DNA of 64,000 nucleotides from a bacterium (GTDB taxonomy: Bacteria > RBG-13-61-14 > DATKZS01), in contig CAXXFL010000002.1 in the NCBI GenBank assembly GCA_963674965.2, forward strand, positions 1 through 64,000, read 5' to 3'. The notes beneath the pieces are model-generated. The model was not told the origin of the DNA and searched no databases. It saw nothing but the letters and a program-made list of their open reading frames with translations. Both the position numbers and the translations under genes were made by a program. Below are positions 46,852-57,592 of this stretch, in pieces; the first letter of the stretch is position 1, and each line of letters starts with the position of its first letter.

Positions 46852-49677
46852 TCATTCCCGCTTATCGCCGTCCAGCACCTCGCGAATCTTTCTGGCCAGC
46901 GTCTGGGATGTGAAGGGCTTCTGGAGGAAGTTGGTCCCGGGGTCGAGCACCCCGTGGTGGACGATGGCGTTGTCGGTGTAACCGGAGACGTAGATGATTT
47001 TCATCTCCGGGCATGACTTGGAAAGCCTTCCGACCAGTTCCTTGCCGCTCATGCCGGGCATGACCACGTCGGTGACGATGAGATGTATCTTGCCCGAGTA
47101 GGCGGCGCATATTTTTATCGCCTGCTCTCCATTGGCGGCCTCGATCACCTTATATCCAAGTTTAAGCAGTATCCGGCTCGCGACCTTGCGGACGTAGCCG
47201 TCGTCCTCGACGAGGAGTATGGTTTCGGACCCGCGCCACGATTCCGCCCCGTCCCTCTCCCGTTTTTTCAGTTTCTCGGCCTCGTCTTCGACCCGGGGCA
47301 GATATATCTTGAAGGCCGTCCCCTCCCCGGGTTCGCTGTACACCCAGATATAGCCCCCGCTTTGCTTGACGATCCCGTAAACGGTGGACAGGCCAAGGCC
47401 CGTGCCCTTGCCCCTCTCCTTGGTGGTGAAGAAGGGCTCGAAGATGTGAATCCGGGTTTGCTCGTCTATGCCCGTGCCCGAGTCGCTAACCGCTATCATC
47501 ACGTATTGTCCCGGCGTAACGGACGCGTGCCTTTTGGCGTATTCCCGGCTCAGCTCGACGTTGGCGGTCTCGATGGCGAGTTTCCCGCCTCCGGGCATGG
47601 CGTCCCGAGCGTTGACCGCCAGGTTGGCCAGAATCTGCTCTATCTGTCCCACGTCGGCCTTGACGTTTCCCAGGTCGGGGGCCAGGAACTTTGTTAACTC
47701 GACGTCCTCCCCGATCACGCGGAAGAGCATCTTTTCCATGCTCGCGACCACGTCGTTTAAATTGAAGACCCGCGTTTGCAGCGCCTGCCGCCTTCCGAAA
47801 GCCAGGAGCTGCCGGGTCAGGTCGGCGCAGCGGTTGGCCGCTTCCTGAATATCCTCCATGTCCTCGCGTATCGGGTCCCGATCGTTTAGTTCATTGAGCA
47901 GGGCCGCGGTGATCATTATTATCGGGGTCAGGGCGTTGTTGAAGTCGTGGGCCACGCCCCCGGCCAGCCGGCCGATGGCCTCCATCTTCATGGCCTGGTT
48001 AAGCTGTTCCTCGAGCCGCCGCTCCCTGGTGATGTCCCGCACGACGGCCACGACCTTGTCGTTTCCCGCCTTGACCAGCCTGGCCTCGAAGATATGGTCC
48101 TCGCCGCCGACTTTCAAATGGTAGTTGTATACCTGCAACTCGCCCGTCTCGAGGGCCCGATCGACCATGCTCATGTGCCGCTCGGGCAGGTCGCCTTGGA
48201 ACACGTCCACGATTTTCTTGCCCAGAAACTCGGAAGGTGGCACGAGGAGTTCTCCCAATGGGGAATCCTTGTAGTCGAGGAAAGTGTAATCCTTGTCCAA
48301 AAGGAACATAATGTCGGGGTTCGCCTCGAGCATGGCCCGGTTGCGGGCCTCGCTTTCCCTAAGGGCCTCTTCACTCCGGGCCCGCCGGAGCGCGATCGCG
48401 GCCATGTCGCCAAAGGCTCGGGCCACCTCCGCGTCGTATTCGTTGAAGTCCTCCGGCTTGTTGGCCAGGCCGATGACCCCCACCACCTTGTCCCCTATCA
48501 CCAGGGGAGCGAACATTACGTTCTTCAACTCGACGTGGCCGGAGGGCATTAACTCGACGTGTTCTCCCTTCATGAAGTCGTTGTCGTAGACGACTTTTCC
48601 CGTCGAGTAGGACTCGGCGCGCAATCCGCGGACGGGCATGGGAAGGCTCGGGGCGACATTGCAGGGCATGCCGCCCGCCTCCAGAAAAAGAACCTCGTTC
48701 TCGGAGCCGTCCTCGCTGAGAAGGGCCACGTAGCCCGAGACCGCCCCGGTTACCAGGCGGCAGGCGTCGAAAATCCTTCGCGCCGAGGCCTGAAAGCTTT
48801 GGAATTCCAGGACCGCTCGGGCCGCGTCGAACAATCCTCTAGATTCGGCCTCCCGCCGGCGGGTTTCGGACAGGGACTCTTTTAATAGCCGTTCGGATAA
48901 CTTCTGCTCGGTAATGTCCAAATTAACCCCGGTCATCCTCACGGCGGCTCCTTGGCCGTCGCGCTCGATCACGCAATACCCCTTGATCGAGCGGACCGAT
49001 CCGTCGGGCCGAATCACTCGGAACTCATTGTCGGAATTCCGGTCGTTTTGGAGGGCCTTACAAGCGACTTCATCGCTTTTTGCCCGATCTTCCGGATGGA
49101 TCATCTCAAGCCAGGCCTCATACGTCCCGGGGAAGTCCTCGCGCCGTACGCCGTAAAGCTCGTACATCCGGTCGTCCCAGATCATCTCATTCTTTTTTAC
49201 GTCCCAGTCCCAGATCCCGAGCTTTGCCGCCTTGGTGGCCAGATCGAGTCTTTCCAGCAGCGTGGCTACCCGCCGGTCGGCGTTCCTTCTCTCGCGCCTT
49301 ATCTTGGCCTCACGAAGCTCGCGCTCGACGGCCGGACAAAGACGCTTCAAGTTGCCCTTGACGAAATAATCGCTGGCGCCGGCCTTCATGGCCTCGACGG
49401 CCGTGTCCTCGCCGATGGTCCCGGAGACGATTATGCATGGAACGTCAAGCTCGCTTTCGTTCAAGATTTTCAGACCCTTGATCGCGTCGAACTGGGGCAT
49501 GGTGAAGTCCGAGAGGATGACGTCCCAGGCCCCATTCCCGAGAGCGGCCTTCAAGTCGGCCGCCGTTTGCACGCGGACGGAGTGAACGTCGTACCCCCCG
49601 CGGATCAACTCTCTTTTGATTTGCAAATAGTCGTCCTCGTTGTCCTCGAGGACAAGGACTCGAAGCGGCAATCCCAT
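46852..49677 (-). CDS. Hybrid sensor kinase REC-PAS-GAF-PAS-HisKA-HATPase-REC
   Basis: LAGGVAHDFNN, NARDAM, GTGLGL, two receiver domains. Confidence 0.92.
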   Translation of the reverse strand: MGLPLRVLVLEDNEDDYLQIKRELIRGGYDVHSVRVQTAADLKAALGNGAWDVILSDFTMPQFDAIKGLKILNESELDVPCIIVSGTIGEDTAVEAMKAGASDYFVKGNLKRLCPAVERELREAKIRRERRNADRRVATLLERLDLATKAAKLGIWDWDVKKNEMIWDDRMYELYGVRREDFPGTYEAWLEMIHPEDRAKSDEVACKALQNDRNSDNEFRVIRPDGSVRSIKGYCVIERDGQGAAVRMTGVNLDITEQKLSERLLKESLSETRRREAESRGLFDAARAVLEFQSFQASARRIFDACRLVTGAVSGYVALLSEDGSENEVLFLEAGGMPCNVAPSLPMPVRGLRAESYSTGKVVYDNDFMKGEHVELMPSGHVELKNVMFAPLVIGDKVVGVIGLANKPEDFNEYDAEVARAFGDMAAIALRRARSEEALRESEARNRAMLEANPDIMFLLDKDYTFLDYKDSPLGELLVPPSEFLGKKIVDVFQGDLPERHMSMVDRALETGELQVYNYHLKVGGEDHIFEARLVKAGNDKVVAVVRDITRERRLEEQLNQAMKMEAIGRLAGGVAHDFNNALTPIIMITAALLNELNDRDPIREDMEDIQEAANRCADLTRQLLAFGRRQALQTRVFNLNDVVASMEKMLFRVIGEDVELTKFLAPDLGNVKADVGQIEQILANLAVNARDAMPGGGKLAIETANVELSREYAKRHASVTPGQYVMIAVSDSGTGIDEQTRIHIFEPFFTTKERGKGTGLGLSTVYGIVKQSGGYIWVYSEPGEGTAFKIYLPRVEDEAEKLKKRERDGAESWRGSETILLVEDDGYVRKVASRILLKLGYKVIEAANGEQAIKICAAYSGKIHLIVTDVVMPGMSGKELVGRLSKSCPEMKIIYVSGYTDNAIVHHGVLDPGTNFLQKPFTSQTLARKIREVLDGDKRE

Positions 49678-49760
49678 CGGCCCCTCCATGCATATCCGCT
49701 GCGGACTTCGCGGCATTAAACCGTCGCTGAAATCCTCGACTCGCGTCAGTGTTTTCGAGC

Positions 49761-50204
49761 TTACTTCGGCGGCGACTGGTTAAGGAGCAGCCAATAAAGC
49801 CCTAGTTGGCCCACGGCCTCGCTGAACTGGCTGAACTCGACGGGCTTTCTCACATAGGAGTTGGCCCCCAGCTTGTAACCGTTGACCATGTCGGCCTCCT
49901 CGTCGGATGAAGTAAGGATGACCACCGGCAAGAGACGGGTGCGCTCGTCCTTTCTGATATGATCGAGTACCTCGAGACCGTCTATCTTGGGCATCTTTAG
50001 ATCGAGCAGCACCACCTGGGGCATATCATCCACGTCGCGCCCTTCATAGGTCCCCCTCCCGAATATATAATCCAGGGCCTCGGACCCGTCATGGGCGACC
50101 ACCACCTCGTTGGCCACGTTGCTCTTCTTGAGCGCCCTTTTGGTCAGTTCCACGTCGTCCGGGTTGTCCTCCACCAAAAGAATCACCTTTTCCTTGCAAA
50201 CCAT
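49761..50204 (-). CDS. Single-domain response regulator (Rcp1-like)
   Basis: [32 protein letters not shown]. Confidence 0.92.
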   Translation of the reverse strand: MVCKEKVILLVEDNPDDVELTKRALKKSNVANEVVVAHDGSEALDYIFGRGTYEGRDVDDMPQVVLLDLKMPKIDGLEVLDHIRKDERTRLLPVVILTSSDEEADMVNGYKLGANSYVRKPVEFSQFSEAVGQLGLYWLLLNQSPPK

Positions 50205-50267
50205 AATATTGCCTCCTTATTTTCGTGCATCTCCCATCGCTTGATTTTTCTAAACGCCGGGTTCCCT

Positions 50268-52031
50268 TCACGAGTCCAGCGTGAAATAAAAGGTCGCTCC
50301 CTTTTCCGGCTCGGACTCGGCCCAGATTCGGCCGCCGTGGCGGTGGATCACGCGGGCCACCGTGGCCAGACCGATGCCGGTGCCGGGAAAATCATGGGTG
50401 GTGTGAAGCCGCTGGAACGCCCCGAACAGCTTGTCCGCGTACTGCATGTCGAAACCCACACCATTGTCCCTTACGTAATAAACCATGCCGTCGTCCGAGT
50501 CCGGATCGGCCGCGCCCTTTTCCCGCTCCGGACCCAGCGCGCCCACCTCGATGCGGGCGTTGGGGTTATTGCCGGTGAACTTGAAGGCGTTGCCCAGCAG
50601 GTTATCCATGGCCACCTCTAAAAGTTTCTTGTCCGCGCAAACGACCAGGCCGTCCTGAATGACGAAGTCCACCATCCGGTCCGGCTCTCTTTTTCTCAGT
50701 TCCTGGGCCGAGGCCCGGGCCAGGTTGCTTAGTCCCACCTCCTCCGGTTTCATCTCCGTCCGAGTGATGCGGGAAAGCTTGAGCAGGTCCTCGATGAGCT
50801 GGCCCATGCGCTGGGCCGCGAGGCTTACCCGGTCCAGGTAGTTTTGCGCGTCCCCGTCAAGCTTGTCGTGATAGTCCTCCATCAGGGCCTGGCAAAAGCC
50901 GTGGATGGTACGAAGCGGGGCCCTGAGGTCGTGCGAGACCGAATAGGCGAAGCTTTCCAGTTCCCTGTTGGACGCCTCGAGTTCGATATTGGCCTTTCGG
51001 ATTTTTTCCTCCTGCCGCTTGCTGAACAGGGCCTCGATAAAGGCGACGGCCAAGTCCTCGACGGCCCGAGCGTCCATTTCCTCGTAGCCGCCCTCCTTGT
51101 TGGCCAGAGCGATTACGCCCAGGGTCTTTCCGCCGCGTTTAAGCGGCACGCCGAGAAAACCGGTCAGTTCCGGATGGCCCTCCGGTACCCCGACCCGGGC
51201 GGGATGCGAGGAGGGCGAGTTGATAATAAAGGATGATTCCGTCTTTATAACCTCTCCCCATATGCCACTTACTTCCATGTCCCGTATGGCGGCCAACGCT
51301 TCCGAGCCGGGTATCTTGCAGGCGTCCCATCCCGGGTCGCTCAAGGCGAAGGTGTCGAAGGTCCCCCGCTCGTTGACTTCGCCAATGAAGCCGAAGCGGC
51401 TGCCCGTGAGTTCCTCGGCCACGGCCAGACACGCCCGGCCCAAGTCCTCGTCGTTCTCGCTCGTTAGCGCCTCCTGGAAAACCCGGTTGATGCCGTCCAT
51501 GATCCGGTTGCGCCGCGAGATATACTCCTCGTTAAGCTTGCGCTCGGTGATATCCATGGCCACGCCGATGACCCCGACTACCTCCCCGGCGGCGTTGACG
51601 TAGGGGATTTTACTGGTACTGACCCAGCGCTGGTCCTCATCGGTGGTCCACTTTTCCTCGAAATTCAGCTTCGGGAGCCGGCTTTTTATAACTTCCAGGT
51701 CATCGTCAAAATAGGCCTGGGCCTGCTCGCGAGGATATATATCGAAGCAGTCCTTGCCCTCGAGGTCCTTTTTTTCCATCTTGTGCGCTTCGGCCACGTA
51801 TTTGTTCACCCGCAAATACTTGTTATGGGCGTCCTTGTAAAACACCAATCCCGGGATGGCGTCGATGATGATCTCCAGTTCGTCAGCCATCCGCCGAAGC
51901 TCCAGGGATCCGGATTGACCTCCATCGCCAGGCGGGCCGGCCGCGGCTTGGGCTTTTAGCCTATCGTTTTCCTCGCGAAGCCCGATCAATTCCTCGATGA
52001 GCTGTTTTTTCGTTTTTCTTTCGTCTTTCAT
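50268..52031 (-). CDS. PAS-GAF histidine kinase
   Basis: FAYSVSHDLRAPLR, NAFKFT, DNGVGF, FQRLH, GTGIGL. Confidence 0.92.
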   Translation of the reverse strand: MKDERKTKKQLIEELIGLREENDRLKAQAAAGPPGDGGQSGSLELRRMADELEIIIDAIPGLVFYKDAHNKYLRVNKYVAEAHKMEKKDLEGKDCFDIYPREQAQAYFDDDLEVIKSRLPKLNFEEKWTTDEDQRWVSTSKIPYVNAAGEVVGVIGVAMDITERKLNEEYISRRNRIMDGINRVFQEALTSENDEDLGRACLAVAEELTGSRFGFIGEVNERGTFDTFALSDPGWDACKIPGSEALAAIRDMEVSGIWGEVIKTESSFIINSPSSHPARVGVPEGHPELTGFLGVPLKRGGKTLGVIALANKEGGYEEMDARAVEDLAVAFIEALFSKRQEEKIRKANIELEASNRELESFAYSVSHDLRAPLRTIHGFCQALMEDYHDKLDGDAQNYLDRVSLAAQRMGQLIEDLLKLSRITRTEMKPEEVGLSNLARASAQELRKREPDRMVDFVIQDGLVVCADKKLLEVAMDNLLGNAFKFTGNNPNARIEVGALGPEREKGAADPDSDDGMVYYVRDNGVGFDMQYADKLFGAFQRLHTTHDFPGTGIGLATVARVIHRHGGRIWAESEPEKGATFYFTLDS

Positions 52032-53011
52032 CTCAGGCGCGCCTCCGCGTGGCCGCTCGCGGTTTCATGAACGTTGGCGGCCAAAGCGATATTATTGATT
52101 TGAAATCAGTATTTAATGAGGGCATAGGGAAAAAGGGCCGCGCGCGAGTCGCTGGTCCCATCGCGTCGGGAACCTCGCGCCTTGCAAGCTCCAGGGCTTT
52201 TTCCCCGACAAGTACAAGGAAGGCCGGATAAAGTTTGTTAATTCTAATTCGTGGAAGGGTCTTTGACAACTCAAATGTATGTTCGATCGCAAGCAAGCGG
52301 GCTCTCCAATGATGCAGTCAATCAGTTAACGCCCCGCCGACGATTTGGCGCGCTCTTCGGATGGCGTTATAAAAGGCCGGCCTTTATCGCGAGGACCTTT
52401 CCTCTGGGCCGGGCCCCATATGAGCCGCGACATACGATGAGATTTTCCCGCTTCATGTTCTTGTATAATTTTCAATCAGCGGTCATGGTTCCTCGGCTGG
52501 AGCGGAATTCCATACTGATGGGGGAATCGGGACCCGTGTTTTGCTTGCTTCACTGCAATTTAAATATGTCGCAATAAAGTGAAGATAGCTTACAGGCGAT
52601 CGTTTGTAAAGATCGATGATCGTTTTTTGCAAATATTTTCTTTTCTTATAATGGCGCCGCCAAGGCACTTAGGCCAATTCCCTGCTTACCATCAGCGACA
52701 ATGACGGGCGCGGCAATAATAGCGTATTCCATCTCCCTGGATGCAGTAAATCGGCCCCATATACATCGCTTCCCTTTTTGGCTCGGAAATTGAACGGATT
52801 TGAAACGAATATACAAACCGTTTTATCAAGGAAAGGAGGCCTGGGAAATCACAAGTTAAATCGGCCATATTGCAGGATTGGCGAAGATTTTGGCTTGTCG
52901 TTTTTCCCTAATTGGAAATTCGGTTCTCAAATTTGGCAATTTATTCAGGACGAGGAAAGAGGGCGCGTTCCAGCTTGATGCTTGGCGACGCGCGAACCGG
53001 GCGGGAATATT

Positions 53012-55042
53012 ATGGACCAGTCGAACAAAAGATTATTGTTGATCGAGGATTCGAAGTTCAGTGTCAAGTTCATCAGGACTTTACTTAACGAATCGACCAA
53101 ATTCAAGTATTCGATCCGCGGCGTCGAGACTTTGGAGCAAAGCCTTGCGGCCCTGGAAACGGAAGTTTTCGACCTGATACTTTTGGACCTTGGTCTTCCC
53201 GATTCCAAGGGCCTGGAAACATTGAGAAAGGTCAAGTATCATTGCGGCGACGTCCCCATCATCGTGCAGAGCGCGGGCAAGGAGGATGGACTGGCCGAGA
53301 GTTGCATAAGGGAAGGGGCCCAGGACTTCATAGCCAAGGACGAACTCGATTTCGACCGCCTTATCAAAAGCATACTCTATTCCCTTGAGAGGACGCGCAT
53401 AGAACGCAACATGCGGGACTCGGAGCAGCGCTACAGAAACCTTTTCGAGTCGTCCCGCGACGCCATCATGATACTCGACGATCATGGCTTCATTGACTGT
53501 AACGAGGCCACATTGCGCATGTTCGGGTGCAAGGCGAAGGAATATTTCATTGGAAGGACCCCGGCCGATTTTTCCCCTCCCCTGCAGGAAAACGGCTCGG
53601 ATTCCATGGCGGAGGCGCAAATGAGGATATCGCGCGCCCTCGAGGAAGGAGAGCAGTTCTTCGAGTGGACCCATACGAAGCTAAGCGGCGACAACTTTCG
53701 CGCCGAGGTACTGCTAAGCGCGGTCACGCTTAAAGACAAGCTTGTCCTTCAAGCGACGGTAAGGGACATCAGTTCCCGCAAGGAAATGGAGGAAAGTCTT
53801 TTCCTGTTCAAGGACTTGGCGGACCATTCCAACGATTCCATCCTGATAGTCGATGATAATGGCGACCTTCAATACATGAACGCGGCGGCGGAGAAGTCAT
53901 TTGGCTACTCGAGAATGGAAGCGGGCAAGATGGATATTCTCGAGCGCGTATTCGGTTGCGACGTTCAGGCCGACTATCTCGAGAGGATCATGGACCATCC
54001 CCAGCAATCCTATCAAGGGGGCTGCGCTCCAGCCCTGGAAGTCAAGGCTATAAGGAAGAATGGCGAGAGCTTTCCCGCCGAGGTCCTGATGTACAACTTC
54101 GGCGTCAAGGGCAAAAGGTTCGTCGCCTGCATCGCTCGGGATATCAAGTACAGAAAGATCGCCGAGTTCGAGATGGCGCAGGACCAGAAACTGAAGTCGA
54201 TCGGGAGCCTCGCGGCGGGCATCGCCCACGAGATCAACACTCCGACCCAGTTCGTGTCCGACAACGTCAGGTTCCTGCGGGACTCCTTTTCCGACCTGGA
54301 CTCGCTTTTGAAGAAATACAGGGAACTCGCGGGCCTGGCGGGAGAGGGCAAGGACGGCCGGGACCTCGCCCTCTCGATAGCCTCGGCCGAGGAGAGCATC
54401 GACCTCGATTACCTGATGGAGGACATACCGAGCGCCATCGAGCAAAGCCTTACGGGCCTGGAAAGGATATCCTCCATCGTGCAGGCGATGAAGGACTTCG
54501 CCCATCCCGAGCTTAAGGAGCGAAGGTTCACCAGCGTCAACAAGCTCATCGAAAGCTCGGCCACGGTGGCCAAGAACGAATGGAAATACGTGTCCGACCT
54601 CGATCTTCGGCTCGACCCGGACATGCCCGACCTTTTTTGCCAGCCCGGCGAGTTGAGCCAGGTTTTTCTCAACATGATCATCAACGCCGCCGATTCCATC
54701 GCCGAGGCGGTGGGCGACGGCTCTCATGGCAAAGGCCTCATTTCGGTGTCCTCTTCTCACGACGACCTGGGCGTGACTATCGAGATACGCGACACCGGGG
54801 CCGGCATCCCTCGCGAGATTGTCTCCAGGATTTTCGACCCCTTTTTCACTACCAAGGAAGTCGGCAAGGGCACGGGCCAGGGCCTGTCCTTGGCCCGTAA
54901 GATAATCGTGGAGGGGCACAAGGGGGAAATTATCGTCGATTCCAGGCCCGGCGAGGGCACGCGCTTTGCCATCAAGCTTCCCTTGCTGGCGGAGGAATAT
55001 CCGGTGGAGGACGGTCTTGAAAAAGAAGCTCTTGTTCGTTGA
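53012..55042 (+). CDS. REC-PAS-PAS histidine kinase
   Basis: LAAGIAHEINTP, GTGQGL. Confidence 0.9.
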   Translation: MDQSNKRLLLIEDSKFSVKFIRTLLNESTKFKYSIRGVETLEQSLAALETEVFDLILLDLGLPDSKGLETLRKVKYHCGDVPIIVQSAGKEDGLAESCIREGAQDFIAKDELDFDRLIKSILYSLERTRIERNMRDSEQRYRNLFESSRDAIMILDDHGFIDCNEATLRMFGCKAKEYFIGRTPADFSPPLQENGSDSMAEAQMRISRALEEGEQFFEWTHTKLSGDNFRAEVLLSAVTLKDKLVLQATVRDISSRKEMEESLFLFKDLADHSNDSILIVDDNGDLQYMNAAAEKSFGYSRMEAGKMDILERVFGCDVQADYLERIMDHPQQSYQGGCAPALEVKAIRKNGESFPAEVLMYNFGVKGKRFVACIARDIKYRKIAEFEMAQDQKLKSIGSLAAGIAHEINTPTQFVSDNVRFLRDSFSDLDSLLKKYRELAGLAGEGKDGRDLALSIASAEESIDLDYLMEDIPSAIEQSLTGLERISSIVQAMKDFAHPELKERRFTSVNKLIESSATVAKNEWKYVSDLDLRLDPDMPDLFCQPGELSQVFLNMIINAADSIAEAVGDGSHGKGLISVSSSHDDLGVTIEIRDTGAGIPREIVSRIFDPFFTTKEVGKGTGQGLSLARKIIVEGHKGEIIVDSRPGEGTRFAIKLPLLAEEYPVEDGLEKEALVR

Positions 55043-56222
55043 CGACGAACCCATGATACTGGCAGGCATCAGGCGCCTTTTAAGGCCTATGCGCGACGAG
55101 TGGATCATGGAGTTCGCCGGCGGGGGGAAAGAGGCGCTCGAGAAAATGGAGAAGGACGACTTCGACGTTATCGTGTCGGACATGCGCATGCCGGGCATGG
55201 ATGGGGCCGAGCTTTTAAACGAGGTGAAAAAGGCCCATCCCGACACGGTCCGGATCGTACTGTCCGGCCATTCGGAATGGGACATGGTCTCGCGGGCGCT
55301 GGGGGCGATGCATCAATACCTGACCAAGCCCTGTGACGCGGACTCCCTTAAGTCCACCATCGGGAGGGCGCTCTATATCAGGGACATGATGGCCGACCAG
55401 GCCATGAAGAAGCTGCTCATGGACATGGAGGCCCTGCCCAGTCTTCCCTCCCTATACGTCGAACTTTTAAAAGAACTGAACGACGAGACGTCGTCCATGG
55501 ACAAGATAGGCGGCATTATCATGAAGGACATAGGGATGACCGCCAAAGTGCTCCAGCTTGTAAATTCATCCTTTTTTGGACTGCCCCGTAACGTATCCAA
55601 CATATCGCAGGCCATTGGCCTTTTAGGTCTTGACACCATCAGGGCCCTCGCGATCTCGCTCAAAATATTCTCCAGCTTCGCCCCGGAGAGAAGCGCCGGC
55701 ATTTCCCTTCCCAATTTGTGGGACCACGCGATGAACGTGGCCGTCTTCGCCAAAAAAATCGTGAGGCTCGAAACCGGGGACAATAAAATGGGGGACGACG
55801 CCTTTCTGGCGGGAATGCTTCACGACGCTGGCAAGTTGGTATTCGCGTCGAATTTTCCCGAGAAGTACTCCCGGGCGCTGGAGTCCGCTCAAGGCGCACA
55901 GTCGGTCGAGACGGAAATGGATGCCTTTGGCCTGAACCACGCGGACGTTGGCGCCTATCTTTTGGGCCTTTGGGGAATGCCGGACTCGATTATCGAGACC
56001 ATCGCTTTTCATCACTTTCCCTCTCAATCTCCGAACCTTGTTTTCGGCCCCCTTGCGGCCGTGCACGCCGCGGACCGGCTCGCCTACGAGATGGCCGGGG
56101 AAGGAGACCGGATGGAGCCGCCATTGGATTTGAAATACCTCGAGGGACTGGGACTGGCCGAAAGAGTTCCCCTTTGGAGCGATGCTTGCCGTGAAATCAT
56201 GGAAACGAGGAAACCCAAATGA
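55017..56222 (+). CDS. REC + HDOD domain protein
   Basis: LFVDDE, LPSLP, LVNSSFFG, GMLHDAGK; TTG start after GGAGG. Confidence 0.88.
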   Translation: MKKKLLFVDDEPMILAGIRRLLRPMRDEWIMEFAGGGKEALEKMEKDDFDVIVSDMRMPGMDGAELLNEVKKAHPDTVRIVLSGHSEWDMVSRALGAMHQYLTKPCDADSLKSTIGRALYIRDMMADQAMKKLLMDMEALPSLPSLYVELLKELNDETSSMDKIGGIIMKDIGMTAKVLQLVNSSFFGLPRNVSNISQAIGLLGLDTIRALAISLKIFSSFAPERSAGISLPNLWDHAMNVAVFAKKIVRLETGDNKMGDDAFLAGMLHDAGKLVFASNFPEKYSRALESAQGAQSVETEMDAFGLNHADVGAYLLGLWGMPDSIIETIAFHHFPSQSPNLVFGPLAAVHAADRLAYEMAGEGDRMEPPLDLKYLEGLGLAERVPLWSDACREIMETRKPK

Positions 56223-57394
56223 ACAACAAAATATTGTTCGTTGACGACGAGGAAAATATTCTTCTGGCCTTTAAAAGGACGTTAAGAAAGGAATACGAGG
56301 TCGAGACGGCCGCCGGGGGCAAGTCGGGGCTGATGAAGATAGACTCGAAAGGGCCGTACGCGGTCGTCGTCTCGGACCTGAGAATGCCCGCCATGGACGG
56401 CATCGCCTTTCTGTCCAGGGTAAAGGATATCAGCCCCGACTCGGTAAGGATCATGCTGACGGGAAACGCCGAAATGGAAACCGCCATCAGCGCCGTCAAC
56501 GAGGGGAATATTTTTCGCTTTCTCGTCAAGCCCTGCCCGCCCGAGACGCTGAAGGCGACGCTGAAGTCCGCCCTCCAACAATACAGGCTTATCACCGCGG
56601 AAAGGGAACTCCTCGAGCGGACCCTGAAGGGAAGCATCAAGGTGCTCATCGACGTGCTGTCCCTGGTCAACCCCGCGGCCTTCGGGCGGGCCAACCGCGT
56701 CAAGTCCTACGCCAAGGAAATCGCCGCCAGCCTCAACGCGCCGCGCCGATGGCGCTTCGAGGTCGCGGCCATGCTCTCGCAGATCGGGTGCGTCACTCTT
56801 CCCGGCGAGATGATGGAAAAAATCTACCACGGACTTGAGCTTGGCCCCGAGGAAAAAGAGATGTACGACGCCCATCCCCGCGTGGCCAAGGACCTGATCG
56901 CCAATATCCCCAGGCTGGGCGAGATAGCGGAGATCATCGAGTATCAGGAGAAAAACTACGATGGCACCGGGCTGCCCGCCTCGGCGGCGGCCGGCGATAA
57001 AATTCCCTTCGGGGCCAGGATACTGAAGGTTTCCCTCGATTTCGACCGGCTCGAGTCGAAGGGATTGTCAAAAGGCGAGGCCCTGGCCGAGATGAAGAAA
57101 AGTCCGGAACTATACGATCCGATCGTCTTGTCGGCCCTCGAGACCATTATCGGCGCCAACCTGGAGGAGGAGGCCCTGGTGGTCAAGTCCATGCCCGTCA
57201 GCGCGCTCCAGGCGGGCATGATCCTGGCCGAGGACGTTCATAACGAAAAAGGCATACTGCTTATATCAAGGGGACAGGATATCTCCGCGCCCCTTCGCGA
57301 CAAGCTGATAAACTTTCATAAGTCCGGCGTCATAGGAGACGAGGTCAAGGTAATGACCAAGTCCCACGGCGAAAAACAAAGGGCCGCTGGATAA
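56219..57394 (+). CDS. REC + degenerate HD-GYP-like domain protein
   Basis: AAMLSQIG (HD lost), YQEKNYDGTGLP, IPFGARIL. Confidence 0.85.
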   Translation: MNNKILFVDDEENILLAFKRTLRKEYEVETAAGGKSGLMKIDSKGPYAVVVSDLRMPAMDGIAFLSRVKDISPDSVRIMLTGNAEMETAISAVNEGNIFRFLVKPCPPETLKATLKSALQQYRLITAERELLERTLKGSIKVLIDVLSLVNPAAFGRANRVKSYAKEIAASLNAPRRWRFEVAAMLSQIGCVTLPGEMMEKIYHGLELGPEEKEMYDAHPRVAKDLIANIPRLGEIAEIIEYQEKNYDGTGLPASAAAGDKIPFGARILKVSLDFDRLESKGLSKGEALAEMKKSPELYDPIVLSALETIIGANLEEEALVVKSMPVSALQAGMILAEDVHNEKGILLISRGQDISAPLRDKLINFHKSGVIGDEVKVMTKSHGEKQRAAG

Positions 57395-57592
57395 TTATTG
57401 CCAGTGGCGGCCTTTCTTCGCGAGTCCGGTGGCGGGCTTTTTAAACCGAGACTTTGGGAGGTAACTCTCTATATAAAAGCCTTGACTCACGCCATGGACT
57501 ACGCGATCAATCTTCTAGATGACACTAGAAGGGGACGGACCTGGAGGAGACGCGGTTTCTCCGGTCGATATATGCCCCGCTTTCCATTTACC

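Noticed and set aside
50268-52031. Phytochrome
   Set aside because: The kinase core and Rcp1-like partner are similar, but there is no PAS-GAF-PHY chromophore module or DIP motif
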